Positions 28,581-43,997 of a stretch of 64,000 bases of DNA are shown here, one piece after another. A program made the position numbers and the translations under genes. Under the pieces are notes generated by a model. It was not told where the DNA came from and did not search any database. It saw nothing but the letters and a program-made list of their open reading frames with translations. Each line of letters opens with the position of its first letter. The first letter of the stretch is position 1. Source of the DNA: the human T2T-CHM13v2.0 reference genome, Homo sapiens; assembly GCF_009914755.1 (NCBI RefSeq), contig NC_060937.1; one strand, 5' to 3'.

Positions 28581-30759
28581 TCATCTAAGAGAGAGAGAAA
28601 ACCTTGAGGAAAATTTGTCCCTGATAGTATTAAAGTTGCGTTATAAATAAATGCCGTAAATACTGTTTTGGCAATGTATAAGATATCTATATATAATAGT
28701 TTTATGAAACATTAATTTGTATTAACATTCATTATAGTTTTTTTAAGACGTGTTAAAGAGAGAAGAGTATTCAATGATGAGTATTCTGAGGAACTTAGTT
28801 TAGCGGCATATAAAGTTTCAAGAATTATAAAATCGAAGGGGATATATGAACGTCCCAGTTAACAGAAGATCTGTGATAGATACATTAGGAATGAAGCCTG
28901 CAGAGAACAAAAAGAAAAAAAAAGGGGGCCTAGAGGAAGTTATTAGAAACAGGAGTATGGAGCAAGTCTTCAAGATTGTGGGGAGATGAAAGTTTCAGGG
29001 AGCAACAAATTGGTCACAAGAATAATAAAGTAGAGAAATGGGCTAGGAGTAAGTTGGGAACTGACCTTATTATTCCTAAGGGTCTTTAAATGGTACTTCA
29101 ATATGTAGAGGGCTAGCACAAACAGCAAATAAAGAAGTCTGAGCTCAACTTCCCCATTATTTTACAGTATTGAGGACACATACTGTCATTGGATGTCATC
29201 CAACAAGCCAAATATGTTACTAGAAGTAATTAATCTATTCATTCAAATCATCCTAGAGATTTGTATGCTAAGTACATTAATTTATCAAGTAGTACACATT
29301 TGGATATGAGAAATTTGATTATTTACTGTGGTATTTAATATTTAAAATTTTGATGTTAGAGTGAAGAGAAGTTCGGACACTGAGTTAACATTTGGATGTA
29401 TACAGATTCCATAACTTCTCACTTTGTGAAGAAAGATCTAATATATTTTCCTAAATTCCTAAAATAGGACCAGCAGTGGTATGGAGAGATACTCACTTCC
29501 ATATTTACAGCTATTTTAGCACCATCACATAGCAATATTCAGTGGCCCATGACAGAAGGAGTATTTCCCCTTCCCTTTTCAAAACAGCAATAAAAATGGA
29601 TGAATTCTCACTATTTTTCTTCCCTGACATTGGCTAATTATTAACTCTGCAGAAAAAATTAAATTTTAATTTTGATGTCATTGTAAAAGACCAGGAACTG
29701 TCTCAGAATGATAAGATGTCATAAAGGTTTAAGTTGTTCTTGTAAGTTGGCCACATGTTCAAATGTTAAAAATTTACACACTTTCTCCAGCTTTACATGT
29801 GCCCATTCCTTATGCTAATATATTGTATAATAGTCACTATGTTAATATGATTTGAAATAGTACCTCTTTAAGATGTCTGCCGAACACATAGTTTAAACTG
29901 CAAATCTTACTGAAATCTTTCCAATTTTTTTGTATTATTCTATGTGATACTTTATGAAAAGTACCAACAAGTGATTAAAATTTATTGAAAGGAAATAGCC
30001 TAGAATTGGAATAATTTAAATTAAAAATATGCTGTAAACTCTGGGTTGTAATTAACATCAACATATAAAGTGACAGCAGATAAAGCACATCGTCAGTTAA
30101 CCACATGCCTCATAATAAACTTTTGACCAAATACTTTGTGAATTTATCTAACCTAATAATGGTCTCCATTAAAAAAAAAAAAGATGGCTAGTTGGATAGT
30201 TAGGGAGTGTTTTAAGTAACTATTTTCATAAAAACAACCAGGTTACAAAACCACTCATATTCTATCTCAAGTCAAATGTGTATGTTATTATTAAAGATTT
30301 CCAATGTTTAATTGAACCAGAAGAAAGACATTACAGCCACAGACATCATTTTTATAAATGTATGCATTTAGATATGAGAAAATATAATTACAAATGGGTT
30401 CTAGTTTAAAGATAGACACTTTTCTTATGAGATGCTGTTTTAATATTTAACACTTTAAAAAATTTATTATATGTAAACTATTTATAGAGGATTCATGAGA
30501 CAATACAAAGAAAACAAGACAAATCCTCTGCTGTCACGTAGCTTATGATTTCAATGAGGTTTTACTTCATGGATATAGAAAAAGTTATTTCGCTACATTT
30601 GTTTTGAAAACAGGCCCTCTGCAAAAGAAATTGTCATTTTGTGGAAAGTAAACCACATCAAGAAATAGAGTCAAGTTTGATGATGAGGATGAGGAAAACC
30701 TCCTGGGATTAAGGGAATGTTAATAAAAGGATAAAGGTTTTATGTTAGGTTCTAACATT

Positions 30760-30910
30760 AATTATTTAATTCAGCAACTATTAATTAAGTCTCCCACATA
30801 TCAGGAAATTTTCTTCACACTAGAGATGTAACAGTGAACAAGGCAGACACAGACTATGCCCTTATTGAATTTAGAATACTAAACTGTTGTAAATGCAGTG
30901 ATAGGAGAAG
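30760..30910 (-). mobile_element. L2 3' fragment
   Basis: TTCAGCAACTATT...TAGAGATGTAACAGTGAACAAGGCAGACACAG. Confidence 0.55.
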
Positions 30911-31113
30911 TAAAAGGCACTATTAAAATCACCTAAGCAGGGAAATTTCCCAAGCCAGACAGTAACAAAAACTTTTAAGAAATATTTATAATAATATAAA
31001 ACCATAATAATGGCAATAATATCACTTAAGTACATGCTCTGTATGCGATATTTTTGTATGTACTTTGAAGGTATCAAGGCATTTAAACCTCCTAACATTT
31101 TAAGGCAGCTAAG

Positions 31114-31443
31114 GTCATGTCCTTTGCAGGGTCATGGTTAGAGCTGGAGGCCATTATCCATAGCAAACTAACAGGAACAGAAAACCAAATACTGCATGTT
31201 CTCACTTGTAAGTGGGAGCTAAATGATGAGAACACATGGACACACAGAGGGGAACAAGACACATTGGGGAGTTTGGGAGGGTGGAGGGTAGGAAGAGGGA
31301 GAGGGTAAGAAAAAATAACTAATGGGTACTAGGTTTAATACCTGGGTGATGAAATAATCTGTACAACAAACCCCCATGACACAAGTTTACCTATATAACA
31401 AACCTGCACATGTACCCCAGAAATTAAAATAATAGTTGAAAAA
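31114..31443 (+). mobile_element. L1PA13-16-like 3' fragment inserted into a MIR
   Basis: L1 3'UTR (GGGTACTAGGTTTAATACCTGGGTGATGAAATAATCTGTACAAC); perfect 12-bp TSD AAGGCAGCTAAG (31102-31113 / 31444-31455). Confidence 0.92.
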
Positions 31444-32112
31444 AAGGCAGCTAAGTCAGGGATTGGTAGCATCATGATTTTACTGATAAGGAGACCAAGA
31501 AATATTTAGGTTAAGTCAATCGCTGAAGATCCTGTGACAAGTAAGTGTCATAGCTAGTTCTCAAGCCCAAGCTCTCTTTCTCCAGAGCCAGTGTTCCTAG
31601 CCTTCTTATTCAGTGAGGATTTTCTCCAGTCAGAGGGATGTCAGTTGTGAACTGATTGGAATGGGAGAGGAACATGTCAGTTGATGCAACATTTTACAAA
31701 TTTTAGTGTATATTTGAAATTCATTTCCGCAGATTTTTTGCTCCTTTCACTACTTGTACATGTCTGATCACATGATATAAATATACCATAATTTTTCTAT
31801 TATTGTAGCATTAAAAATTATCTCTACAAAACTTAATTTTAAAAAATTAAAGATATTTATTTGGTAGATATACCTTAGTTTTAATAACCATTTTAATGTA
31901 AGGCGACAATAAAAATGATTCTAAATCTCTACTTCATATTATTTTAGATTTAATATCTTTCTTTTTTAAATGCTATTCCTGAATTCCAGGTTATTTTCTA
32001 GTAATAAAAAGTATTGTGTCACATTTGCTCCGTTTTTTTTGAAAAGGGACTGTAATAATTTGTACTCTCTTTCACATGGTATGACAAGGCCCATTTCTTT
32101 GAATATTTTATT

Positions 32113-32200
32113 TTTAATATTATAATTTTTAAAATGTTTATTTTAATTGGCAAATGTTTAATATTATAATTTTAAAGTGTTATTTTAATTGGCAAAATGT
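32113..32200. repeat. ~44-bp AT-rich tandem duplication
   Basis: TTTAATATTATAATTTT..AAA.TGTT.ATTTTAATTGGCAAA occurs twice. Confidence 0.8.
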
Positions 32201-33834
32201 TATATGTTTATAATATTATTTATATGTTGTTTTATTTATGTTACTTTGGTGAGCTGGAACGGGTTTCTAAGTTTCTGTTTGCTATTTTTTCAGTCTGTAT
32301 TCTTTTTCTGGAAACTGTCAACATTCTTGGCCCATTTTTTAAATTGAGATTTTGATTTTTTTTTCACAATTACTGAGTGCTCTGCATTGGTCACTGTTAA
32401 TATATAAGCATTGTCTCTAACTGTGGAGGGGAGGTCAACAGGTAATTAAAAGCAATCACAGAGTACTGTGATTGAGTGCTGAATATGATAAGAGCAAAGA
32501 GAGAGTCAGATATCTCATTTCTCAGAGGCCTGGATGAAGTTATTTCAAAACTGCTTGGTGAAGGGATGGAACTTAGTGGTGAGGTAGGATTGTTTTTGCA
32601 CTCAATTTCAAAAGTAATGTGTTCAGCTCCAGAGGATCAGGAACATGGTGCTTCCAAGGAATCATGCATGGCTAACACAGAGCATGAGAAGAAGGATGTG
32701 AGGAAGGATGAGGATTGAGAGGTGAGCAGGGACCATAAGGTGAAGGCTGTGCATTTTAGGCTAAAGCATACCTCAGGGATGTCTTGGCTGCTTTTTTCAT
32801 GTTTATATTTTAAATGTTATAATGACTTCATATACTTTCCCAATATGTTTGCTTCTGTTTTCAATGTGTTAAGCATGTATTTTTTTTGTCAGAAAATCTG
32901 TCCACTTTTTCTCTATAATTTCTTTCATTTTTCTACATTATTTTAACATAGTTTTAAAAGGTAAATGGATAAGACCATCCTGCACTGATTACACTTATTT
33001 ATTTGTCCTTGAATTAACTCATCATATTTCAAAAGAAGTGCGCTTATAAGGAAAACTACATATTTGATGAAATAGAATAGCAATGATTGTATTTATTTTA
33101 GTAATTATGTGTGGCCATATCTAGAATAGTAATTTCAAGAAATAGCCATTGTTTCCAGCAGTATCTTATGAATATTTCATCAGCTATTGGAAATGTAATT
33201 CTATAAGACTTCACAGGTGGTTTGGAAGCCTCTCTAAATGGATAGGTCTTCACAGTAGAATTACAGCCAGTTGCTGATGCAGCCAGCCTCTTCCCAAGTT
33301 GAACCAGCTGCTTTATGGGGGAGTTTCGAGGGTTTCCACAGCATAGGGCCATTTAAAGCTGTTTATGCTACCGCCAATTCTCTTTATAATAAATGCACTT
33401 CTTGGTACAATACTTTCATCTAGATCCAAGTTGTCTTTGACACAAAGCACAGAATGTAATTGATGGGTTCACTTGAGACAATCATTCGCTTATATTACAG
33501 TTAGAGATTATTATAATACTTACCAAAAATTTTCAAAAAATATGTTGATATGCCTAACCCCCAATATTGAAAAATGCAAAAATAACTGAAGTACTTATAT
33601 TTAAAGTGAAAATAATTTATTCTAGGAAAACCCTATACATTCAATCTTGTTGTTCAGGAATATAGCTTTCTTTTTCTTTTCTCTCTTTTTTTTTTGACTT
33701 ACTAGTGGCATTTGCTGGCACTAAACTAGAAAAGTAGAGGATGCACTACTGGTGATCATTTCTTGTTTTCAAAACTTTTATTTTTTAAGACAAGGGAAAT
33801 TAGATGAAAAGAAACATTTATTGATTGCCAATAC

Positions 33835-34070
33835 CTATAATAATAATAATTTGTGTTTCCTGATTATGACTATGTTTTGGACACTATTTTAAGCATTTTA
33901 CTTGTATTAACTCAGTTAATGTTATCACAACTCCAGAAAGTATGTACAATTATTATCCTCATTTTATATGTAAGGAAACTGAGGCAGAGGCATATTTTTC
34001 AACTGTTGCAAAGCTATGAAAAATCTATGTCAGAATGAGGACTCAAATGTAGGTACTGTCTCTTACCTGT
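33835..34070. mobile_element. MIR
   Basis: TATTATCCTCATTTTATATGTAAGGAAACTGAGGCAGAG core. Confidence 0.78.
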
Positions 34071-35299
34071 TATAATACAGGACAGAAACCACTCGCTAGG
34101 TATGTTACACACAAGAAGTTATTTACTTCTTACAAAAGTATTGTGAAATCATTTTTACACTTATGTGACAAATAAGGCCACTGAGACTTCAGAAAATTTA
34201 ATAACACTGTAAATTGAACACAGTGGATTGCAGAGCAAGCACCTGTCTATCATGACTGTAATGGCCCCTTTTACCCTGTGCTATACTCCCATAAAGAGAA
34301 TTGCTCACTCCAAAAACTATAGTAATTGTGATACCTAAAAAAAATTAAAAAATTGAAAGGATTGTTGAAGTCATTAAATCCTAATTTTATCTAATTCTTT
34401 TATTATTGACCTCATAAAACTTTTACTAGAACAATAATAAAGTTTACCTTTGTGCCTTAGCTCTTTTTCATTTTTAAGAAAATCATCAGACAGACATGAT
34501 AATTATTAGGGACATTTCGCCACAAAAAAGAAGCAGGAGAACAAAGGGCTCGAATAATTCAGAAATGATAATTAAATACAAAGTGATAAGGATTTGCCCT
34601 TCCATGAACTATGACTGGCTTGAAATCGATATTAATTTTATCCTGTTAAATATATACTGAGTTAGAAAAGCACCCACAATTACATAAGTACCTGGGTTTG
34701 AATGGCATTTTTACCTCTAGATAGTATATTTAACATGTGATCTCTGATATGAGAGACATAATCTAAATCATGAGCCCTTGCTATTATTCCTCAAATTTTT
34801 GCTTACCACCCACACAGGATATAAAATTCACAACTTAATTTATCCTTGAGTAATGTAGCTGCATTATTTCACTGCTTGAATTTTATTGTCTGATAATTAA
34901 TGGAGGTCACATTTCAACCTGTACAAAGAAAGTGCTAAACACTCCTAAAGATTTTGATGAGAGTTCAGAGCTAAAAGCTCTCACAGAGATTCCTTCCCCA
35001 ACCCCTGTTAAAAAAAAGACTATCAAATTATTTCTTCAATTTAAAAATAAATAGAATATTTACCACTAATCTGGCAATAACTTAAAAAACATATTTAAAA
35101 TCTTGGAATCATTGGCTCTAGTCAAATCATCTTATGATGCCCATTAGCAACACCATAGCCAACTTCTAACTGTAGTTAAAATTACCTGCCAGCCTTAGTG
35201 AACATTTGGATATGAAAAGATTTGCAACAGTGACAAATAAAAATAGTCTCTGAAGCAAATAAAATATTGAATAATTTTTTAAGATTATAAGGGTAGAAA

Positions 35300-35870
35300 A
35301 TCATGCCTGTAAATATTTGACTATGTACTCTCAAGAAAATGTTCTAATTTTAAAATGTAAGAATAGTTAATTTATCACTCTTAAGAAATATAACAGTAGT
35401 TTATTGATATCATTAAACATCCAGCCAGAATTCAAATTTCTCCACTTGTCTCCTAAGTGTGTTTTTACTGTTGATTTGCTGGAATCCCTATCAAACAATG
35501 CTCATATATGTTTGTCGCTCATTCCCTTTTTAAAATATATAGGTTCCCGCTACTATTTCTTTTTCCTGGAAATATATCTAATAAAGAATTCAGGATATCT
35601 GTTCTAATGAATTCTCCACATGCTGGATTTGGTTAACTGCTTCTCTATGATGTGACTTAATGCGGTCCTCTTTTCCTTGTATTCCGTTTAAACTTTTAGA
35701 GCAGGAGGCTTGGTGAGATCAGTTTTGATTTATTGGCACGGCTAATTTAATGGGCAATGATGTGTACTTCTTGTTGCGCTACATCAGGAGTCACAGAATG
35801 TCTGTGTCTCTCTGAGTACTGTTAAGATTGACTAAGGGTTTCAGGTGTGGCCATCCTAATTTATCCAATG
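35300..35870 (-). mobile_element. L1MC4/5-like 3'UTR fragment
   Basis: ATTCAAATTTCTCCACTTGTCTC; CTGGATTTGGTTAACTGCTTC; CATCAGGAGTCACAGAATGTCTG. Confidence 0.55.
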
Positions 35871-38800
35871 GTTATAGCATGCCACTTCACTTGGTAAAGC
35901 TGACCGTAGACAGACACTGACAGACTCCAGACGCCGCTTAAATTGGTTGGCGATGCACCCAGAGGCTTCAGTCCTCACACATTATGCAATGAATGATGAC
36001 AAATAGAGAGACTGCATTCTCAGTTGCCTTACAAGTCCAAGATTCTGTGATTTTCTTATTTTCTATATCCAGTTGTCTTAAAAGTGATACTTTCGTGATT
36101 GATTTGTTTTAGTCAGAGATAATTTTGTTTCTGCTCTTCACCTTTCATATCAAAAGATTCTTAGACCCAGTAAGTAAAGAGTGCATATACACCCATACAC
36201 ATATGTGATTTTTACTCTGTATTTTTTGTACGTGGTGTGCTATTTGAAGCAAGTCTAGTGTTCTTGCATATGATTTTACTGTATTTTGGGATAATTGTTT
36301 TTCCATTGGAGTACTTCACTGAAAATTACATAGAAAATGCTAATCAGCATACAACTTGTACGTTGTACACAAATTTTCAGTATTATATGCTTAAAATTAG
36401 TGAGATTTAACCAAACAGATATTTGTTGAGCACTTTTTAACTGCCAAGACTTCTGTTCAGCATAAGGATATACCATAAATTAATGGAAAACTCCCGCTCT
36501 GAAAAAGCTTATATCTCTGTTCAATTGTGGGTTACTTTATTTTGTAAAACACCCAATAATTTTATGGCATTTATATCCTATATTTTAGGTACTTAATATA
36601 CAAGCATACTGATCTTGGACAACCCAATTTACCTCTATAATCTCATTCTCGGGGCTCTAAAGAAATTGAAAGCTGAGGAAAGTAGTATATTAGCATGTTT
36701 TCAATGTGGAAAAATGGCAAATCTTAGTCTGAATACATCTCAAAATCACAATGTTAGTTTTCCTTATGTGATATATATTTATCAAACTTTAACATATAAG
36801 TGGTTATAAATATTAAAATTCACCCTGAAAATATAATAAATTATTTATGCTTATGCTTTATTATCCTAATAGGTAGTGAAATTTTTTTTTTCTTGGAGAA
36901 AATGACTGGAAAAATGTGGAAATAAAAATTAGGTAAATCGTGTTATCCTTATTATTCTCTCCCAAAAAAGAGATTAAATTTTAAAACAACATTCATATGT
37001 TTTCTTCAGGAACTAATAGAATAAACTAAACTGAGAAAAGGAAATGTAATTGTTGACCCTGCTCAAAATCTGAATTTGTATAGAGGCTGGCCCCACTCTG
37101 AGTAAAATTATCATAATTATACATTAAGATGAGAAGCAAGATTAAAAAAAAAGTGAATAATTAGCCTGAAAAGGATACCTTTAATGTTAGCTGTGACTCT
37201 TTATAGTTGTAGGTGCTAGTAAATTATATTAAACCACTTCAGATGAGACTATTAAAGTGTAAGATCCAGTGTCCTACTCTCAAGATAATGTAAAAGAAAA
37301 GCATTATTCTAAAGAATTTTGTAATTTCACCTGCTGCTATTTCTGACCTTGACAACATTAACATTTCTTCCCAAATTGTGTATTGAATTCAGATTTATTT
37401 AAAAGGTTACATACAAAATTTTACGTAACAAATTTCAAATATCACTAACAATTCTTGAGAGGGTTAAAAATTCTGTTTGCCTCTTGGACTAAAGACGCTG
37501 ATGGGCTAGTTTATTACTGAAGCATTAACTCAGTCATACTTCATTCTTCACCTGCCATATTTGCTTTCATAGATTGGTCAGAAAGAAAAAAAAATGTACT
37601 TGAAATGTCTAAGACTGTGTGACTCATGCAGCACACAGGACAATGTTTATGACAGAATTAAACAGCCAAACCTTGAGCTGAGGCAGAGTCAGTGGCAGTC
37701 ATGAAATCCACATTGCACTACAAAAAAAATTTAGGTAATGAACATTTTATTGAATGTCATCCAAACTCCACATGTTCTTAATCTCTGCTTAGTATTTTTT
37801 AAAGAAAAGGTAGTTTTAATAAAACACCAGATCAAATTCAACAGACATTTATTTAGTGCCTACGTACTAGGTACTGCACTAGTCAATAGAAGAGACTGCC
37901 ACAGTCTCTGTCCACAAAGAGTTTTAATACAAGAATGGAATAGTCATGTAAAACACTGTCAGCCTGGATGATGAAGATAAATACTTGTTTCGAGGAGTCG
38001 CTTAACCACAATTAGGAAGAGGGAAATAGAAGCAGAATTAAGGAACTTCTAAGAGCAGGTGAAGCTTCAAATGAGCAGAGCACTTGTAGAGTGAGCCAGG
38101 TAGACACAATCTCTCCAAGTTTAAGTGCATCCTCCCCACCACACGATATTGTCCTTAAGGAAAACAATCATCCCCACTCAGGTTTCTCTAGGGGGATTTT
38201 TTAGCTGGAGGAATACTCCTTGCACCCTCCCTTTCTAGGCTTTTCACTTGTATCTTCCCATGGTAGAAGTAATGAGTTATCTGACTCATGAGTTTGGAAG
38301 AACACTCCCCTTTGGAGCAAGTCGGCCTTACAAACAGATGGGTGCTGGCCTGCTTTCTCAACCTGTGGTGAGCTTATTGGTCATGCTCTGATGGAGTAGC
38401 CTGCAGTTTTCCTGTTTTCCTAATGACTGGGTAAACAAGTTGGCCCAATTCTAGGAGGGGTTCTCAAGTCCATTTGGCTGTGTATCTAAGCCATGTCCTT
38501 TACCCCTTTGATTATTTTTTATCGGCACGAAAGCTGACAGTTTGGTCTCCATCTGTCTGACTTCTGTGTTTAATTCTCAATTAATTCCAAGCAAGGACAG
38601 TAAAGAGGCCTGTTATTTAGAGATTCATTAAAACTTCAACTATCAGTTCCAGTATATTCTCTTAGGTGGTTGTTTAAATACATGGTTTAATTTTGCTGAT
38701 TAGTTCAGAATCCTAAAACCTAGTTTAAATTCACCCCAGGACATGGTAGCATCACTTGTCCAGAGTCAGGGCCAAGAACTACACATGTAATAGTAGTTGT

Positions 38801-38927
38801 AAAGTCTTGATGAATACATCCTTATAGCTTGTTTTCTTTGATAGGTCAAAAAAGTAACAATACAAATCTCTCTTCGTTGAAAAATAACTGTGAGCACACA
38901 ATATTGCTTATGTGTTCTTTGCATTAC

Positions 38928-39312
38928 TGTCTCAGGCTGCTCAGGTTGCCCTAACAAACGCCATAGATGGATGATATCAACAACAAACATTTATTTTCTC
39001 ATACTTTTCAATGCTGGAAGTCTGAGATCAGGATCCCAGCACAGTCAGTTTTCAGTGAGCTGCTTGTAGGCAGCTGCCATTTTGCTGTGTGCACACATGA
39101 CCTGCATTGTGGACACAGGAAGAGAGAAGGAACAAGCTGTCTGGTATCTATTGTTATAAGGACACCAGTTCTATTATCAATATATTAGGACCCCACCATT
39201 CTGACCTCATTTAACCTTAATTACCTCCTTATAGGATATATAGACAAATACCATCCCCTTGGAGGTTAGGGCTTCAATATACACATTTTGGAAGGGGCAC
39301 ATCAGTATATAG
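38928..39312 (-). mobile_element. MaLR LTR (MLT1A/B-like)
   Basis: AACAACAAACATTTATTTTCTCA...GCTGGAAGTCTGAGATCAGG...TGACCTCATTTAACCTTAATTACCTCC...GGTTAGGGCTTCAATATA. Confidence 0.85.
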
Positions 39313-42300
39313 CTGTTACTTTTGTAATGAAGGAGTGATGATGACTAATTCACCTTTTCTGAATGCTTTCCCTGTGCCAGTCTGTGTGCTGAGTTTAAAT
39401 TTAATCCTTGATTATATTGTATTATTGTTTTAAGAAATTTAAGAAAATATTTAAAGAAAATATTTAAGAAAATAAAACGAATGCTATTACTTTCCCAAGG
39501 TCACTCAGTGAAAGAATTAGAATGCACATTCTTCAATTAAATGCTGATCTATTTATTGTTGACTTGCAGGCAGTGATGGTTCATATTACTTTTATACTTT
39601 TGTATGCTTGTTGCTAGAGATTTAAAGATGGGCTATGCCTATAGAAGTAGGAAGTAATGCAAACAAGCAATTGAAAATAGCATGTTGGTTAATTGTTTCA
39701 GTGGTATTAAATCCAAATGTTTCACATATATACTACTTTACTTAATTGTTTGTCCCTTTTTATAAACATAAATATTTTCTGTGATAAAGGCTAAAAAGAA
39801 TCCAGGACTAGAATACTCTGACAAGAAGAAGAAGCAAATGTTTAGTGTAAACTATATAGATTCTAAACAGCAAATAGCAAGCATGTATGTAATATTTCCA
39901 GAGTGATATAGTTTTGGGCATTTGAGTAGAATATAATCTAAAAAAATGCACATAAGTTATGGAATTGAATTAAAATTATATATGCAGTATAAAAATTAGA
40001 ATCTTGAAGAGATTTATTCACTTTTTCAAATTCTAGGTCACCATAACATATTAAAGCCATGTGCATGTCTGAAGAAATTAATAAATTAATTTGTTTGCAC
40101 ATTTACTTGTATATTTAATTTCCTGTGACTGATACTCCAGGCATTGTAAGAGTAAATAGATCCTACGAATTTCTGATTATGCCATGGGATTAGTTTATTT
40201 ACTAAATATGTCTAATATGTTCTTGCTTTGAGGCTGTAACACTGATTTCACATAAAGACAACACTGAAATATTCCTTTTGTTTCCTATTAGCTTATTTTT
40301 ATTTCCTCCTAATAGTGTTATATTTCACTAATTATTTTTGGATTCATTTATAATTCAATTTATCTTATTAGGTAAAATGAAATAATCTCTAGGGTTATTT
40401 TCATTAATATTTCAACAAACATCTGTCTTACTGATGGAGACCTTTGCATGACCCAGGAAAAACAATATGCTATCAACTAGAATTAATATCATTCCAATAG
40501 GTTGTATAGAGGCAACAGCAAGAAACTAAAGAATAGATAAAATTATTTCCAAGTTGGTACTGATAAGAGGTAAGAAAAAAATAAAACAGATGTTTTGCAT
40601 TCTTTTTAGTGTTCTTCTCAATGTGAAGTAAATAGCCCCATAGAATATGCTATGCTGTTTTGACAATACTGATAGAAATTTTCTTTAAAAGTTGGCATCT
40701 GAGGAAGTAAGCTAGGAGATTTTATAATAAATTATTTTATTGTTTTCTTCTTGGAAAAACAGTATTACAGTGAAAATTGGTATACTCTTTCATTGTATCT
40801 CTTACCAGAATGCTTTCAAGAGTTGCTTTTGGTTTATCAGCAGCAGTGTGCTCTTGGCCCTACTCCCCTCTGTTTCCCCTTTAGCGGAGCACCAGTTTGG
40901 TTCATAGATCTTCAACCAGAACAAAAGCCTACATTAAAATGGCTTGGGTATAACTCAGACAGTAAAGCCAGAAAGTACTGTGAACTTTTAAAGCATTTTC
41001 ACAACAAAATGCATATTTCAAATTGGAAATTTCTGTAAGATAAGATAAAGCTCACAGTGTTCTTTTATTGATGCACTATGCAATGCAATTTTTATACTCT
41101 CATATCTCCTGTAATAGAAAATATGACCTGAAGCTACACATAACACCAGTATTTGGAAGCATTACAGGCCTTAGTAAAGTGTATTATGCCTTGGTGATAC
41201 ATTCAGAAGAAATCCAAAAGCATATAAATCCAACTATTGCCCTTAAACTACACCTTTGGGTGAGATTTCAAGTTTTCAGAATCTGAATGCTTCATAGCAG
41301 GTTAGAAATTTAGAACCATTGGCTATTTCTCAAACGAATGCTTGACCTCTTCCCAGATGGGAATTAGAAGGGATAAGAGGATAGCATAAAGACGCAAAAG
41401 CTATTTTTATAATAGAGACATCATAGTAATATTAAATAATATATCATCTATACATATATAAACACACACACACATTCGTAAGGCACATATGTAAAAGCCT
41501 TTTATCAAGCTTTCTCCCTTTGTCCTGATTCACTTTTCTAAACATCACCCTTTACCACTTGATATATTGAATATGTATACATTTGTTTTCTATCTTATTT
41601 ATCTATCAATAATGAAAAAGTGAATACAGAAGGAAACTACATACTACTTTCCCTTATTCCATGACTATGGCTCTCAAAATACAGGCTCAATATCAATTTA
41701 TTTTATTTTAAAGCATTTGTGCACCTACTATATATGTAACACCTACTTCGTACTTGTGAGGCTATAATAAGAATAAGATGAGGAACTGTCAAACATATGG
41801 TTTTCTGAAATCGCTCTTCTGTGGCAGAGAATGAAATGTCTCTTGTCATTTCATCTGTTGTTAGTGGAGAAATAATTACCATTAGCACAGTGTTACATAA
41901 TAAACGGAATTTTCTTCCTTTTTAAGGAAGATAAAAAATATCTTTAAACAACCAATTGGTTAGTTTTTTCAAGAACATAAATACATGTAAGTACATTTAT
42001 ATAAATTATAAGTAATGAAACATTTATATAAATTTTTAATTGATATACATTATAAGTAATGAAAAATTTATTATATACTAGAAATACATGCAAAGAATCA
42101 GAATTAGTGTGAAGATGTGATAACTATAGTATAATATGATATGATATAATATAATAAACACGTTAAGGTTTCAATCAATTCAATTTCTAGATTAGGAACA
42201 CAAATCTAAAACCTTTATACATCAATGTTTAAGATATGGAAATTAAAAGTCTAAGTATAACTTAAAATGAGAAATATGTAAAATTAGAAAGGTGATTTTC

Positions 42301-42930
42301 TGTCTTGGATGAAACAGTACACTTACGACTAAAGGTAGAAACTAATTTTTTGAAGAAGAAGAAGATTAAGAAAATATGTTTTAAAAATTCTTCCATACAA
42401 TGATTTATTTGTATATTAAAATTTTTTGAAAATATTTATATATAATGCTATTTATTATGTAGATATATTTGTGTATTTCTAAAAATATACTGCCAGCACA
42501 TAGATGTATAGTGTTAACAGTTTGATTTATTTCTATGATTTATGCTATATTGAAATTTATGCTGCTATATGAGTTATAAATATTTAACTAATTTCTAGAG
42601 GTTTTTAAAACAATAAAAACATATTTAGTAATAATGCATTAATATAATGATACAGATTATTTGATTACAAAAAAACTTATTTAGTTAAAATAGATGCTGG
42701 ATTTTTGCACAATTCAGGACTAAAACTCATCATTACAATATACTTCCCAGCTTTTTCCTTCACTTTTTCCTAACATATGATGCTTGTGTTTTGAAGTAAA
42801 TATTTGAGTAGTGAAATATTTTAATAGTGTCTTTATATTTATTTTTAAAATAAGAAAAAATTACTTCAAAAACATTCTAAAAATCTTAATGATATTAATA
42901 CAAATAGTTTTCAAAAATATGACTGAAGTT

Positions 42931-43339
<409 letters not shown>

Positions 43340-43874
43340 CTAAGACACGCTCATAATTGCCCCTTCAGCATCAATTATATTTTAAGCATGTCACTAAAAA
43401 ATGTGGGTATAGTAATTAATTATTTATTAATTACCCAATATAAGAACCAGGAGATCACTATGTGCATGGTTAAGAATTGCAAAGCATGGTGCTGTGGATG
43501 ACGAAGTTTTGCACCGAACAGGTGAAGACCTGTGAAAGGTTCCAAGTACAAAAGTCATTTGTGTGTGCTTTCTTAACTCTAAAACATGAGTTAAAAAAAA
43601 AAGAGAATGTGGGGGTTCAAAGAAAAGTCACACAAAGTTTGCCATGCATCAAATTAAAATAGTCAAGAAAATTTATTTACAGCAAACAGTGGAAGCTACA
43701 ATTCAGTTTCTATATTTTCACAAGCAAATGGATCATTGAAGATTTCCAGTATTTCTAACATTTCATCTTCAAAGCCATGTTGATTGAGTTATTTTCTGCA
43801 AACATTTCAAATACATTAACCTATTGTTTCTCTGAGCTGAAGTACAGTCCTCAAGAAGCCCATTTTCAACCTAA

Positions 43875-43997
43875 TTTCTCTTCCTCTTCCTCCTCTTTCC
43901 CCACTTCTTTCTCCTTTTTCTTCTTCTCTCTCCTTTTCTCTTTTTCTGTTCTCCTCACTCTCTGTCTCTCCCTCTCATTTAATCTCTCTATCCCCTA
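43875..43997. repeat. CT-rich polypyrimidine low-complexity tract
   Basis: Seen directly. Confidence 0.8.

Noticed and set aside
39400-42900. Long AT-rich stretch scanned for exons and RNA genes
   Set aside because: No convincing splice-bounded coding segment or structured RNA motif seen; short exons cannot be excluded by eye.
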